IMG/VR virus record: IMGVR_UViG_2529292834_000016
Span: 1-8,147 of that record
Reading direction: 5' to 3' (one strand)
DNA from: a virus
Taxonomy: Duplodnaviria; Heunggongvirae; Uroviricota; Caudoviricetes
DNA length: 8,147 nt
Of this stretch, positions 7,583-8,147 are shown in pieces; positions within the stretch are counted from its first letter, which is position 1, and every line of letters starts with the position of its first letter. Under the pieces are notes generated by a model. That model searched no databases. It was not told the origin of the DNA and saw nothing but the letters and a program-made list of their open reading frames with translations. Made by a program: the position numbers and the translations under genes.

Positions 7583-7600
7583 TGTCCTGTTAATCACACA
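7583..7600 (-). promoter_or_regulatory. Candidate Ogr-dependent late promoter element (TGT-N12-ACA dyad) for the FI operon
   Basis: TGTGTGATTAACAGGACA on the minus strand, centred ~85 bp upstream of the FI ATG, consistent with a -55 activator site plus a ~30-nt leader. No good -35 is present, as expected for activator-dependent P2 late promoters. Confidence 0.5.
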
Positions 7601-8147
7601 ATGTCGCAGGATATTTGCGGTATAACGTTGAGACACCCACATCAAAAATTAAAGCTACCCGCTGCCGTGTTTCACCTGCAGCAATTAACCTGCCTGCCTG
7701 CGCCCATTGTTCTGGCGTCAGTTTTGGTCTTCGCCCTCCGATCCTGCCTTTAGCTCTTGCGGCTTCCAGCCCCGCACGGGTTCGTTCCACTATCAGCTCG
7801 CGTTCCATCTCCGCCAGTGCCCCCATAACGTGAAAGAAAAACCGCCCCATCGGAGTACTGGTGTCTATGCTGTCAGTCAGACTGCGGAAATTAACCCCGC
7901 GCTGTCGGAGTTCTTCTATCAGGGTCACAAGGTGTCGCATGCTTCGCCCCAGCCTGTCGAGTTTCCATACAACCAGCGTGTCTCCCTCTGATAACGTCCT
8001 GAGCAACCTTTTTAGCCCTGGCCTGTCTGCTGTTTTTCCGCTCATTTTGTCCTCAAAAATTAGCTCACATCCTGAACGTTCCAGTGCATCACGCTGCAGC
8101 GCTGTGTTTTGCTCACTTGTTGATACGCGCACATAACCGACTAACAT
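7590..8147 (-). CDS. Serine-recombinase DNA invertase (Hin/Gin/Pin/Cin family), 185 aa, complete
   Basis: MLVGYVRVSTSEQ N-terminus with catalytic Ser, conserved GDTLVVWKLDRLGRS and SLTDSIDTSTPMGRFFFHVMGALAEMERELIVERT, and a C-terminal HTH (VGVSTLYRKY). The start codon is the last 3 nt of the window. Confidence 0.92.
   Translation of the reverse strand: MLVGYVRVSTSEQNTALQRDALERSGCELIFEDKMSGKTADRPGLKRLLRTLSEGDTLVVWKLDRLGRSMRHLVTLIEELRQRGVNFRSLTDSIDTSTPMGRFFFHVMGALAEMERELIVERTRAGLEAARAKGRIGGRRPKLTPEQWAQAGRLIAAGETRQRVALIFDVGVSTLYRKYPATLCD

Larger units (their letters stand above)
277..8147. mobile_element. P2-like prophage, tail/ogr end, abutting ssrA; continues beyond the window end
   Basis: Colinear invertase-FI-FII-E/E'-T-U-D-ogr on the minus strand immediately next to the tmRNA 3' end, a known integration hotspot. 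The exact att core cannot be placed without the other prophage end. Confidence 0.85.

Noticed and set aside
7507-7589. Search for an invertase crossover site (hix/gix-like, AAACC..GGTTT core) between the invertase and FI
   Set aside because: No match found; the invertible segment is expected upstream of the invertase start, beyond the window end.
7615-8136. Three plus-strand ORFs of 72-94 aa
   Set aside because: Antisense to the invertase gene; Ser/Pro/Arg-rich shadow frames.
1-8147. CRISPR arrays, toxin-antitoxin pairs, restriction or other defence genes
   Set aside because: No spaced identical repeats and no unassigned coding space; nothing in the sequence supports such a call.

Overview
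This window is the tail and late-regulator end of a P2-like (Peduovirus-type) prophage lying directly next to the host tmRNA gene ssrA; I found no previously undescribed system in it. Positions 1-276 are the 3' two-thirds of ssrA, including the ANDENYALAA tag frame and the CCA end. Everything after that is on the minus strand and follows the P2 late gene order read backwards: DNA invertase, sheath FI, tube FII, chaperone E/E', tape measure T, U, D, then ogr next to ssrA. Coding density is near complete and every gap is accounted for by terminators, a candidate promoter or a stem-loop, so there is no room for an unannotated cargo gene. The points most worth a second look are the serine invertase sitting where P2 carries its Z/fun moron (implying an invertible tail-fibre switch just beyond 8147), a late-promoter TGT-N12-ACA dyad overlapping the invertase stop codon, a canonical -1 frameshift site in E, an oversized tape measure with a ~21-residue periodic repeat, and short direct repeats at the prophage/ssrA junction. 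All protein family assignments rest on my recognition of the translated sequences and on gene order and spacing, not on database searches.
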